This document shows positions 47,402-56,258 of a stretch of DNA of 64,000 nucleotides, piece by piece. How positions within the stretch are numbered: position 1 is the stretch's first letter; every line of letters begins with the position of its first letter. The stretch lies in NCBI GenBank assembly GCA_965213925.1, contig OZ243927.1, positions 2,944,001-3,008,000 on the forward strand, in the 5' to 3' direction. This DNA is from Trueperaceae bacterium (GTDB lineage: Bacteria > Deinococcota > Deinococci > Deinococcales > Trueperaceae). The position numbers and the translations under genes are program-made. The notes beneath the pieces are model-generated. The model saw only the letters and a list, made by a program, of their open reading frames with translations, was not told the origin of the DNA and did no database searches.

Positions 47402-48769
47402 ATGGACGGGACCCCTTTAGACCTCACCGACCTCGAGACTAGATTTACAGAGCTTAAACCGCCTATGTCGAAAAATGAGGCTCGAGTCGAAGCCAACCGC
47501 TGCTTGTACTGCTTCGACGCGCCCTGCATCACCGCCTGCCCGACCTCGATTGACGTGCCTACCTTCATCCGCAAAATCTCCACGGATAATGTTTTGGGCG
47601 CGGCGACAACCATCTTAGAAGCCAACCTCATGGGCGCGAGCTGTAGCCGCGTGTGTCCGGTTGAAGAACTCTGCGAGGGCGCGTGCGTGCTGACAAGCGA
47701 GCATAAACCCATCGAAATTGGTCGCTTGCAGCGCTACGCGATGGACTACGTATACGAGAAAGGTACGGTTCCTTTCAAGCCTGCGGAGAAAAACGGCAAG
47801 AGGGTTGCGATTATAGGCGCGGGACCTGCCGGGCTGACCTGTGCGGGCGAACTCGCTAAGCTCGGTTATGACGCTACCGTCTTCGAAAAGAACGATTTGC
47901 CAGGTGGACTCTCTACCTACGGCATCGTCGTGATGCGCGAGCCAATTCGCGTAGCGCTGCAAGAGGTTGAATTTGTCAAGAAGCTGGGCGTTGAGGTTAA
48001 GACGGGTGTCGCCATTGGGCAAGACATCACCGCCAATGACCTCTTGAACGACTACGACGCAGTGTTCATCGGTGCGGGGATGGGCAAGGTTCCGAACCTG
48101 GACATCCCTGGTGAGAATTTAGAAGGCGTTACCGAAGCCCTTTCTTTTATCGCAGAGACCAAACTCGCGGAGAAAGAAGGTTTAGAGCAGCTTAAAAATC
48201 TCCCTATCGGTCAACAGGTTGCCGTCATCGGCGCAGGCAATACGGCAATTGACGCGGCGACGATTGCGAAGAGGTTGGGCGCAGAGCGCGTCACCATCAT
48301 CTATCGCCGCAGCGAGTTAGAGATGCCCGCGTATACCTTTGAATACGACTTCATCAAAAATGAGGGCGTCGAGTTTAGGTTTTTGAATCAGCCGCTCGAG
48401 ATTCAAGGCGAAAACGGCGCGGTGACAGGCTTAAAGTGCGTCCGCATGGAGTTAGGCGAACCGGGCGAGGACGGACGCCGCCGACCCGTACAGGTTGAAG
48501 GCAGCGAGTGGGTTTTACCCTGCGACCACATCATCAAAGCGATCGGACAAGAAAAGCTCACCCCTCTTCACGAGGCGTTTGGGCTCGAGACCCAAAGCGG
48601 CTACATCAAAGTAGATGAAGCGCTCCGCACCTCTAACCCCAACGTTTTCGCGGGCGGCGACTGTATTCGTTTAGAAGGCGACGCGATGACGGTCACGGCA
48701 ACCGAGGATGGCAAAATCGCAGCGAGAAGTATCCATCAATGGCTCAGCGAGAGCCTTTCGGCAGATTAG
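47402..48769 (+). CDS. preT: Dihydropyrimidine dehydrogenase subunit PreT
   Basis: RCLYCFDAPCITACPT, CSRVCPVEELCEGAC, GAGPAG, GAGNTAIDAA; start could be GTG 47351. Confidence 0.9.
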   Translation: MDGTPLDLTDLETRFTELKPPMSKNEARVEANRCLYCFDAPCITACPTSIDVPTFIRKISTDNVLGAATTILEANLMGASCSRVCPVEELCEGACVLTSEHKPIEIGRLQRYAMDYVYEKGTVPFKPAEKNGKRVAIIGAGPAGLTCAGELAKLGYDATVFEKNDLPGGLSTYGIVVMREPIRVALQEVEFVKKLGVEVKTGVAIGQDITANDLLNDYDAVFIGAGMGKVPNLDIPGENLEGVTEALSFIAETKLAEKEGLEQLKNLPIGQQVAVIGAGNTAIDAATIAKRLGAERVTIIYRRSELEMPAYTFEYDFIKNEGVEFRFLNQPLEIQGENGAVTGLKCVRMELGEPGEDGRRRPVQVEGSEWVLPCDHIIKAIGQEKLTPLHEAFGLETQSGYIKVDEALRTSNPNVFAGGDCIRLEGDAMTVTATEDGKIAARSIHQWLSESLSAD

Positions 48770-48780
48770 GAGGTGAGGAA

Positions 48781-48842
48781 GCTAGTCAGCTAGTCAGCCA
48801 GTCAGCACTTCAGGGTTTTCCTGATTAGCTGACTGGCTGAAG
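48781..48842. repeat. AGCTAGTC octamer repeats with hairpin
   Basis: GCTAGTCAGCTAGTCAGCCAGTCAGC followed by the complementary GCTGACTGGCTGA; inverted match to 22491-22524. Confidence 0.7.
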
Positions 48843-48884
48843 TCCAGTCAAGCTGGATGAACGATGCTGAGTTGCTTATCCTTT

Positions 48885-50240
48885 ATGGCTGACCTTTCCA
48901 TCAACTTCGCAGGCATCAAGTCCCCCAACCCCTTCTGGCTCGCCTCCGCCCCGCCGACGAACACCGCCTATCAGGTCAACAAGGCGTTCGAGTACGGCTG
49001 GGGTGGCGCGGTCTGGAAGACCATCGGGGAGCCCGTTTTGAACGTCTCGTCGCGCTACGGCGGCTTCGAGTACAGCGGCAATAAGCTCGTGGCGATCAAC
49101 AACGTCGAACTGATTTCGGATAGACCTCTTGAAACGAATTTGCGAGAGATCAAAGAGGTCAAAGAACTCTGGAGTGACCGCGCCGTCATCGCCTCCGCGA
49201 TGGTGGCGTCCGAGCCGAAAGCGTGGCACGACATCATTCAGAAGATCGAGGACACGGGCGCGGACGGCATCGAACTCAACTACGGCTGCCCGCACGGGAT
49301 GAGCGAGCGCGGCATGGGCGCGGCGGTGGGGCAAGTGCCCGAATACTGCTCGATGATTACCGAGTGGGTGACGGACGTGGCGAGCATCCCCGTGATTGTC
49401 AAACTCACGCCGAACGTGACCGACATCGGCAAGCCTGCGCAGGCTGCTGTGAAGGGCAAAGCGGACGCCCTCTCACTAATTAACACCATCAATTCTATCG
49501 TCGGGGTGGATTTGGACAGTTTTCAACTCGAGCCCAATATCGGCGGCAAAGGCTCCCACGGCGGCTATGCGGGTCCGGCGGTGAAACCCGTCGCCTTGCA
49601 CCTCTTGTCCGTCGTCGCGAATGATGAAGAGGTGCAGCGGGCGAACTTGCCCATCTCCGGGATGGGTGGCATCCAGACCTGGCGCGACGCCGCTGAATTT
49701 CTACTTTTAGGTGCGACGAGTTTGCAAGTTTGCACGGCGGTCATGCACTACGGCTTTCGCATCATCGAAGATTTGACGGACGGACTTTCGAACTGGTTAG
49801 ACGAGAAAGGCGCGGCGTCGGTGAATGAAATTATCGGGGCGTCGGTGCCGAGAGTAAGCAGCTTCGGTGACTTCGATCTCAGCTACAAAGTCGTTGCCCG
49901 CATCAACCCCAAGACTTGTATCAACTGCAACCTCTGTTACGTCGCCTGCGATGAGGGAGCGCATCAGTGTATTGACCTCACGGTAGACGGCGCGAAAATC
50001 GACCCCGCGACCTATACAGGAAGTGTTAAGCCGCAGCCCGTCGTGCGCGAACAAGATTGCGTCGGCTGTAACCTCTGCTCATTGGTGTGTCCAGTGGACG
50101 AATGCATCTCGATGGTGGAAATGCCGCCGGAGCATGAAAGTGTTACCTGGAACGAGTTGAGCACGAATAAGCCGGAGGTGACGCGGGACTGGGAGGCGAT
50201 GGAGCGGTATCGGAAAGAGGTTGGGATAGACATACATTAG
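48885..50240 (+). CDS. preA: NAD-dependent dihydropyrimidine dehydrogenase subunit PreA
   Basis: PNPFWLASAPPT, ELNYGCPHGMSERGMG, KLTPN, two C-terminal 4Fe-4S motifs. Confidence 0.95.
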   Translation: MADLSINFAGIKSPNPFWLASAPPTNTAYQVNKAFEYGWGGAVWKTIGEPVLNVSSRYGGFEYSGNKLVAINNVELISDRPLETNLREIKEVKELWSDRAVIASAMVASEPKAWHDIIQKIEDTGADGIELNYGCPHGMSERGMGAAVGQVPEYCSMITEWVTDVASIPVIVKLTPNVTDIGKPAQAAVKGKADALSLINTINSIVGVDLDSFQLEPNIGGKGSHGGYAGPAVKPVALHLLSVVANDEEVQRANLPISGMGGIQTWRDAAEFLLLGATSLQVCTAVMHYGFRIIEDLTDGLSNWLDEKGAASVNEIIGASVPRVSSFGDFDLSYKVVARINPKTCINCNLCYVACDEGAHQCIDLTVDGAKIDPATYTGSVKPQPVVREQDCVGCNLCSLVCPVDECISMVEMPPEHESVTWNELSTNKPEVTRDWEAMERYRKEVGIDIH

Positions 50241-50289
50241 GACTGGGAGAAAAGGACTGGGAGAAAAGGACTGAGTGAAGAGGACTGAG
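50239..50289. repeat. AGGACTG repeats at a 14-bp period, left flank of the four-helix-bundle gene
   Basis: AGGACTG at 50239, 50253, 50267 and 50281. Confidence 0.85.
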
Positions 50290-50300
50290 AGGTTGAAGGC

Positions 50301-50681
50301 GTGAGTGAGAAGGTTAGTCGTTTTGAAGAGCTTGTGGCTTGGCAGAAGGCTCGAGCTTTGACTAAGTCGGTTTATCAAGTCACTAAGCGCGGTGACTTCG
50401 CTAAGGATTTTGGTCTGACAAATCAGATACAGCGAGCAGCGGTCTCAGTTATGTCGAATATTGCTGAAGGATTTGAGCGTGGGCGCCGCGCCGAATTTCA
50501 TCAGTTTTTATCTGTCGCTAAATCCTCTTGCGGAGAGGTAAGATCACAACTCTACGTCGCTCTGGATGTTGGCTACCTCCAAAAATCGACCTTTGACAAC
50601 CTTATGTCTCAAGCGGAAGAGGTATCACGAATCGTGGGCGGGTTCAGAGCCGCAGTACAAAAGCAGCGAGAGAAAAGTTAA
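50301..50681 (+). CDS. Four-helix-bundle protein (23S rRNA IVS protein / Avd-like family)
   Basis: [10 protein letters not shown]...[25 protein letters not shown]...[24 protein letters not shown] signature. Confidence 0.93.
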   Translation: MSEKVSRFEELVAWQKARALTKSVYQVTKRGDFAKDFGLTNQIQRAAVSVMSNIAEGFERGRRAEFHQFLSVAKSSCGEVRSQLYVALDVGYLQKSTFDNLMSQAEEVSRIVGGFRAAVQKQREKS

Positions 50682-50749
50682 AAGGACTGAGGACTGAGAG
50701 AAAAGAGATTTTACTCAGTCCTCAGCACTCAGTCCTTTTCTCTTCTCAA
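50681..50749. repeat. AGGACTG/CAGTCCT heptamer hairpin, right flank
   Basis: AAAGGACTGAGGACTGAGAGAAAAGAGA...CTCAGTCCTCAGCACTCAGTCCTTTTCTCTTCTCAA; near copy at 53673-53740. Confidence 0.85.
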
Positions 50750-50778
50750 CCTACTCTTTCCCCACATAGGAGGGCATT

Positions 50779-52152
50779 TTGAGTTTGCTTATCCGCAACG
50801 CCGACATCATCACCGCCGACTCGCGTATGACCGCTGACATCTACTGCGAAGGCGAAACCATTACCCGCATTGGGCAAAACTTAGATGTTTCCGCCGATGA
50901 GGTCATCGACGCCTCGGGCAAATACGTCTTCCCCGGCTTCATCGACCCGCACGTCCACATCTACCTCCCTTTCATGAGCACCTACGCCAAAGACTCCCAC
51001 GCGACGGGCAGCCGCGCCGCGCTCATGGGCGGCACGACGACCTTCATCGAGATGTGTGCGCCGAACAAGGGCGAAGACCTCTTAGAAGGTTACGAGTTGT
51101 GGAAGGGCAAAGCGGAGGGCGAGAGCGCGTGCGATTACACCTTTCACATGGGCGTCTCTAAGTTCGACGATAAGAGCGAAAAACAACTTCGTGAAATTGT
51201 CGCGGACGGTATCTCATCGTTCAAGGTCTTTTTAGCGTACAAGGGCTTTTTCGGCGTGAACGACGAAGAGCTTTTCAAGGCACTGACGCTCGCTAAAGAA
51301 CTCGGCGTCATCGTCACCGCGCACTGCGAGAACCCCGAACTCGTGGCGCAGCTTCAAACGAAGCTCTTAGAGGAGGGCAAAACCGGACCCGGCTACCACG
51401 AGCCGAGCCGTCCCGAATGGGTGGAGGCGGACGGGACGCATCACTTCGCGACCTTTTTGGAGGCGACGGGCGCGAAGGGGTACGTCGTTCACCTCTCGTG
51501 TGCACCTGCCCTAAAAGCGGCGCTAGACGCGAAAGCGAGAGGGGTAGACCTCTCTATCGAGGCGGTGATTCCGCACCTCTTGTTGGATAAAACGCTCGCT
51601 GAGCAGGACGGGTTAGAGGGTGCGAAGTACGTGATGTCGCCGCCCTTGCGGAAGAAGTCGAATCAGAAAGTTCTGTGGGACGCGCTGGCGCAAGGGTTTA
51701 TCGACACCGTCGGCACGGACCACTGCCCCTTTGACACGGAGCAAAAAGAGATGGGGCTGGACGACTTTACGAAGATTCCGAATGGGATTCCGGCTTTAGA
51801 AGACCGCGTCAAACTCCTCTACACCTACGGCGTGAGTCGCGGCGGTTTGGATGTGCACCGCTTCGTGGAGGCAGCCTCGACCAAAGCCGCTAAGTTATTC
51901 GGGCTCTTTCCGCGCAAAGGGACGATTGCGGTAGGGAGCGACGCCGACTTGGTGATTTATGACCCGAACGCAGAAGATACGATTTCGGCGCAAAGTCAAA
52001 CGATGAACGTCAACTATAGTGGGTTTGAAGGGACAGAAGTAGACGGGCGCGTTAAGACAGTGACGGTAAGAGGTAAGGTACAAGTTAAAGAGGGTGAGTT
52101 CGTCGGTGAGCAGGGGTGGGGAACGCTACTAAAACGTGAGGCGGGCGCTTAG
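50779..52152 (+). CDS. hydA: Dihydropyrimidinase
   Basis: PGFIDPHVH, GGTTT, SFKVF (carboxylated Lys), AHCEN, TDHCPF, IPNG; TTG start after AGGAGG. Confidence 0.95.
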   Translation: MSLLIRNADIITADSRMTADIYCEGETITRIGQNLDVSADEVIDASGKYVFPGFIDPHVHIYLPFMSTYAKDSHATGSRAALMGGTTTFIEMCAPNKGEDLLEGYELWKGKAEGESACDYTFHMGVSKFDDKSEKQLREIVADGISSFKVFLAYKGFFGVNDEELFKALTLAKELGVIVTAHCENPELVAQLQTKLLEEGKTGPGYHEPSRPEWVEADGTHHFATFLEATGAKGYVVHLSCAPALKAALDAKARGVDLSIEAVIPHLLLDKTLAEQDGLEGAKYVMSPPLRKKSNQKVLWDALAQGFIDTVGTDHCPFDTEQKEMGLDDFTKIPNGIPALEDRVKLLYTYGVSRGGLDVHRFVEAASTKAAKLFGLFPRKGTIAVGSDADLVIYDPNAEDTISAQSQTMNVNYSGFEGTEVDGRVKTVTVRGKVQVKEGEFVGEQGWGTLLKREAGA

Positions 52153-52823
52153 GTGTTGGCTTTCGCTTCTAGCTCCCCTACAAACCTCTCGTGCGCTTCG
52201 CTTTTTAGAGCATTTTGCAGCGTCATCATGACTTGCATGTCATCCTCGAGCAGCGCCCTTGTATCAAGCACAAGCCCCGGAAAGGTGCGGCTTTCCAAAA
52301 TTCCGTCTTTGGGCTCGAGCCTCACATACCTCTCTTCATCCAACGCAAACCAGTCGAACGCGCTATCCTCCACCCGCCACACTAGATATTCTTTCACCCC
52401 GTTACGGCGGTACGCGCGGAGTTTGTCGTGCAAATCGTAGGAGGCGGTGTTTGAAGCGATTTCGACCACTAACTCGGGCGGACCTTCGATGTAGTCATCC
52501 GCGCTCACAGAAGAGGTTCCGCCGACTTTGGGCTCGAGCCTTAGAAGCGCGTCGGGCTGAGGTTCATTGTCCATATCCAAGCGAACGGTTGCATTATCCG
52601 AGATGGACGAAAACGGTGTGGCTATCTCATAGGCTCCTAACCACATGACGATGCGAGTATGAGGATGACCATGTCTTTGATGACGAACAGGAGACGGCAC
52701 GTAAACAACCCCTTCGATGAGTTCGGCTTTTTTAAGGCGCGGCGTAGCGTGATAGCGCCGCTCGAACTCCGCACGGGTGAGTCTGTCGCCGTTCGCCAGT
52801 ATGGGAATATCTGCTACGACCAT
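52149..52823 (-). CDS. Uma2-family putative endonuclease
   Basis: ELIEGVVYV, QPD, PELVVEIAS, KLRAYRRNGVKEYLVW; start trimmed to ATG 52823, 6 nt after TAAAAT. Confidence 0.92.
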   Translation of the reverse strand: MVVADIPILANGDRLTRAEFERRYHATPRLKKAELIEGVVYVPSPVRHQRHGHPHTRIVMWLGAYEIATPFSSISDNATVRLDMDNEPQPDALLRLEPKVGGTSSVSADDYIEGPPELVVEIASNTASYDLHDKLRAYRRNGVKEYLVWRVEDSAFDWFALDEERYVRLEPKDGILESRTFPGLVLDTRALLEDDMQVMMTLQNALKSEAHERFVGELEAKANT

Positions 52824-52863
52824 GTACATATTTTACGACATTTCGAATCTATGAGGTATCCGC

Positions 52864-53658
52864 TTGATTGCTACTGAACCCAAGAAAGACGTTCAAACCG
52901 TCATCAGTATCCGCGACCTCAACATGGTTTATACGGGGCGCGGTACGGAAACCGTCGCGCTCAAAAAGGCCAACCTAGAAATTAGAGAGGGCGAATTCAT
53001 CTCGCTCATCGGTCCGTCGGGCTGCGGCAAAACAACCCTTCTGCGCCTTATCGCCGACCTCATCCAGCCGACCTCGGGCGAAATTACGGTGACGGGCAAG
53101 ACGCCCCAGGAAGCGAGAGAACGCCGCGAATACGGTTACGTCTTCCAGGCTCCGGTGCTATACGATTGGCGGACCGTGCTCAAAAACGTGACGCTACCCT
53201 TAGAGATTATGAATTTCTCTAAAGCAGAGCGTAAGGAGCGGGCGGCAGAGTTACTCGAGATGGTCGGCTTGCGAGACTTCCACCATCAATATCCCTGGCA
53301 GCTTTCGGGTGGAATGCAGCAGCGCGTTTCGATTGCAAGGGCGCTCGCCTTTGACCCCAAACTCCTCTTGATGGACGAACCTTTCGGCGCACTGGACGAA
53401 ATCACCAGAGAGCAGATGAATCACGAACTCTTGACGATCTGGCAGGAAACGAAAAAGACCGTCGTCTTCGTCACCCACTCCATCGCCGAAGCCGTCTTCC
53501 TCTCCTCACGCATCATCGTGATGACGCCGCGCCCCGGCAAAATCGAGCAGGTGATCCCGGTGGACTTGCCTTATCCGAGAGATAACGATACAAGAGAATC
53601 GAAGGAATTTTTCGACTTAGCAACCGAAGTGCGTGAGTCTTTGAGAGGGGTTCACTGA
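52864..53658 (+). CDS. NitT/TauT-family ABC ATPase (pyrimidine uptake)
   Basis: GPSGCGKTT, LSGGMQQR, MDEPFGALD, VTHSI. Confidence 0.93.
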   Translation: MIATEPKKDVQTVISIRDLNMVYTGRGTETVALKKANLEIREGEFISLIGPSGCGKTTLLRLIADLIQPTSGEITVTGKTPQEARERREYGYVFQAPVLYDWRTVLKNVTLPLEIMNFSKAERKERAAELLEMVGLRDFHHQYPWQLSGGMQQRVSIARALAFDPKLLLMDEPFGALDEITREQMNHELLTIWQETKKTVVFVTHSIAEAVFLSSRIIVMTPRPGKIEQVIPVDLPYPRDNDTRESKEFFDLATEVRESLRGVH

Positions 53659-55049
53659 TGAGGACTGAGGAAAAAGGACTGAGGACTGAGAGAAAAGAGA
53701 AAAACTCAGCACTCAGTCCTCAGTCCTTTTCTCTTCTCAAGTTTTTACCCTCATTCAAAAGCTATCTCCCGGTGTTCGCAGTGCTGACCCTGCTCATCCT
53801 CTTAGGCTATCCCCTCGCCCTCGTGTTCGGGCTACCTCTCGCCTACCGCGACATGCAAGACATCAGGAAGTGGGAAAAAGAGATCGTCACCGAGCGTCAA
53901 CCGCTTCAGGGAGAGGTCAATGGTGAAAATCGCACCTTCACCTTCCCTGCAAACAACCTTGTGGAAAACGACAGCGGGCGGACGCTTTTAGTGAACGACA
54001 CGCCGCTCACCTATGACGCCGAACGACCTGAAGAACGGGTAGATGGAGAAACGCGAACCTTTACCTTTGAGAGTCAGTCGGGACTGGTGACGTTGGATAG
54101 GCGGTTTTTGGAAGAGGGGGAGAACTTCTCCAGAAATGCCAACATCCTCACCTTTTCACGCCCACCGCCGCGCAACGCGCAGCTCAGGCAGTATCCAGAT
54201 TACGCGGTGACGAATCCAGCACAGGGAGAGGTCACGCTGGCGGAGGCTCCACCTGTAGGCTCGAGCCTCGCCACCGACCAATACACCTTTTACGCGAGAC
54301 CGAGCTGCGGGGCGAACGTGCTCGAGTGCTTTTTCGCCTTGCCACAGCACCCCGTCCCCTTTCCCCACTGGATTGCGGCGGGCGTCGCGCCCTTCTTTAG
54401 CAAGTATCCCTTTACGGACGAGCGCAACGTGGTGAGAGCGACGCTTTATACGGCGCTTGGAACGTCGGCGGCGTTGGCGTTGGGGGGAGCGGTGGGGATT
54501 ATCTTGGCGGTGCTCTTTGTACTTTTGAGACCGCTCGAGCGTGCCCTCTTGCCCTGGGTCATCGCCTCGCAGACCGTCCCCATCATCGCGCTCGTGCCCG
54601 TGCTGCTCCTCGTGTTGGGTAACTTCGGCATCACCATTCAGACGAGTATTTTGCCCACTGCGATTATCGGCGCGTACATCGCGTTCTTTCCTGTTGTCGT
54701 CGGCACTGTAAAAGGTCTGCGCTCGGTGGACCCGCTCGCCCTAGACCTCATGCGCTCGTACGCTGCCTCACCGCGTCAAGTTTTTACGAAGGTACGTTTT
54801 CCAGCTGCCGTACCCTTCTTCTTTACCTCTCTCAAACTGGGAACCGCCGCCGCCTTGGTCGGCGCACTCGTCGCGGAAACCGAATCGAACAATCGGCGCG
54901 GGCTGGGCTTTCAGATTTTGGGTCAAGTGCAGTCGGGTAACGTCGCGGATGTGTGGATTTTGCTGCTCATCTCGGCGCTTCTGGGCGTCGGCTTAGTGGC
55001 ACTCGTTGGCTTGATGCAGCGTTTGATTGCACCTTGGGAGCGGACGTGA
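53658..55049 (+). CDS. NitT/TauT-family ABC permease with large extracytoplasmic insertion
   Basis: C-terminal SQTVPIIAL, GLRSVD...LMRSYAAS...KVRFPAAVP permease core; about 140-aa beta-rich insert; ATGA overlap with the ATPase gene. Confidence 0.85.
   Translation: MRTEEKGLRTERKEKNSALSPQSFSLLKFLPSFKSYLPVFAVLTLLILLGYPLALVFGLPLAYRDMQDIRKWEKEIVTERQPLQGEVNGENRTFTFPANNLVENDSGRTLLVNDTPLTYDAERPEERVDGETRTFTFESQSGLVTLDRRFLEEGENFSRNANILTFSRPPPRNAQLRQYPDYAVTNPAQGEVTLAEAPPVGSSLATDQYTFYARPSCGANVLECFFALPQHPVPFPHWIAAGVAPFFSKYPFTDERNVVRATLYTALGTSAALALGGAVGIILAVLFVLLRPLERALLPWVIASQTVPIIALVPVLLLVLGNFGITIQTSILPTAIIGAYIAFFPVVVGTVKGLRSVDPLALDLMRSYAASPRQVFTKVRFPAAVPFFFTSLKLGTAAALVGALVAETESNNRRGLGFQILGQVQSGNVADVWILLLISALLGVGLVALVGLMQRLIAPWERT
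53661..53740. repeat. Gene-less copy of the AGGACTG hairpin inside the permease 5' end
   Basis: Near-identical to 50681-50749 with two heptamers swapped. Confidence 0.85.
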
Positions 55050-56155
55050 CCTCTTCCGTAAAGCCGATTTGGACGGCGCTCGCCGCGTCTCTCATTGCAC
55101 CGGTTGGGCTCTTCGGACCTCTTAGCAGTGGCGTGGGTGCATTCAGCGTCACGCTACTCGTTCTCGGACTTCTCTCGCTCATCGGCGCAACAGTCGGACG
55201 CTTCTGGTTTGCAGTTGCGCTCGTTCCTGTCGGGCTTCTTGGTGCATTTGCAACGGTTCTGTCGCTGATGAACACAAATGGTGAAGGAGCATGGGGTTTC
55301 TGGTCACTCCTTTGGGGCTTTCTCTTCATCTCTATATTCGCGGTTGGACGAGTGAGTACAGACGAGACGACCTCTTCCCTCGAGACCCGCTTAAAGATAC
55401 TTTTACCCTCCGCCTCCGTCCCCTTCCTATTCCTCCTCATCTGGCAAGGTCTCGTTGTCGGCTACGGCGTGCCGAAAGGGATTTTCCCGAGTGTCGTGGA
55501 CGTGTGGCGCTCGCTCACAGCTTCGTTCAGCGTGCTCCTTTCAGACGCTTACGTCACCTTCATCAAAGAGGTCTTGCTCGGCTTCGCGGTTGGGCTGACG
55601 ATGGGCTTTTTGGCGGGCGTCGGCATCGCCTTTAGCACCTTTTTGCGGCGCGGCTTTTTACCTCTCGCTGCCGCCTTCGGTGCGGTACCCATCGTCGGAC
55701 TTGCGCCTGTGTTGGGGCGAGCCTTTGGCGTGGATTGGGAATCGAAAGCGGCGGTTGTGGTCATCGTGACCTTCTTTCCGGTGGTGCTCAACACGGTGCA
55801 GGGGCTCGTGTCGGTGGACGCGCTCAAACTCGAGCTGCTCCGCGCCTACGCCGCCACCCCCCGAGAAGTGTTTTTCAAACTCCGCTTGCCGAATGCTCTC
55901 CCCTACCTCTTCAACGCCCTCAAACTCGCCGCCGTTTTAGCCGTCATCAGCGTCATCGTCGCGGAGTTCTTGATTCCAGGTCCGCCCGAAGGATTGGGGC
56001 AGCGGATTTCTCTCTCAGCACGGCGCGGGGCATATGACGTGGTGTTTGCGGCGATTTTTGTCTCGAGCGTCATCTCTATCGCCATCTACGGGGCGCTCGC
56101 CTGGTTGGAGCGGCGCTTGACTGGGTGGCATTCGTCGTTTAGGGAAGGAAGGTAG
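55046..56155 (+). CDS. NitT/TauT-family ABC permease 2
   Basis: GTGA overlap at 55046; FFPVVLNTVQGL, KLRLPNALPY, AEF. Confidence 0.9.
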   Translation: MTSSVKPIWTALAASLIAPVGLFGPLSSGVGAFSVTLLVLGLLSLIGATVGRFWFAVALVPVGLLGAFATVLSLMNTNGEGAWGFWSLLWGFLFISIFAVGRVSTDETTSSLETRLKILLPSASVPFLFLLIWQGLVVGYGVPKGIFPSVVDVWRSLTASFSVLLSDAYVTFIKEVLLGFAVGLTMGFLAGVGIAFSTFLRRGFLPLAAAFGAVPIVGLAPVLGRAFGVDWESKAAVVVIVTFFPVVLNTVQGLVSVDALKLELLRAYAATPREVFFKLRLPNALPYLFNALKLAAVLAVISVIVAEFLIPGPPEGLGQRISLSARRGAYDVVFAAIFVSSVISIAIYGALAWLERRLTGWHSSFREGR

Positions 56156-56258
56156 AAGTCAGGATGAAGAGTTGAGAAGTCAGCAGTCAGAAGTCAGTGG
56201 AAAGCGCCAAACCTCTTTCGCCCATCTCTCGTTCGCGTCATCTCATAGGAGGAAAACC

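Noticed and set aside
50239..50749. Diversity-generating retroelement suggested by the Avd-like four-helix bundle
   Set aside because: No reverse transcriptase and no template/variable repeat pair differing at adenines in the window
52149..52823. Uma2 as part of a restriction-modification or defence island
   Set aside because: No methyltransferase or other defence gene nearby; solitary Uma2 genes are common in this phylum
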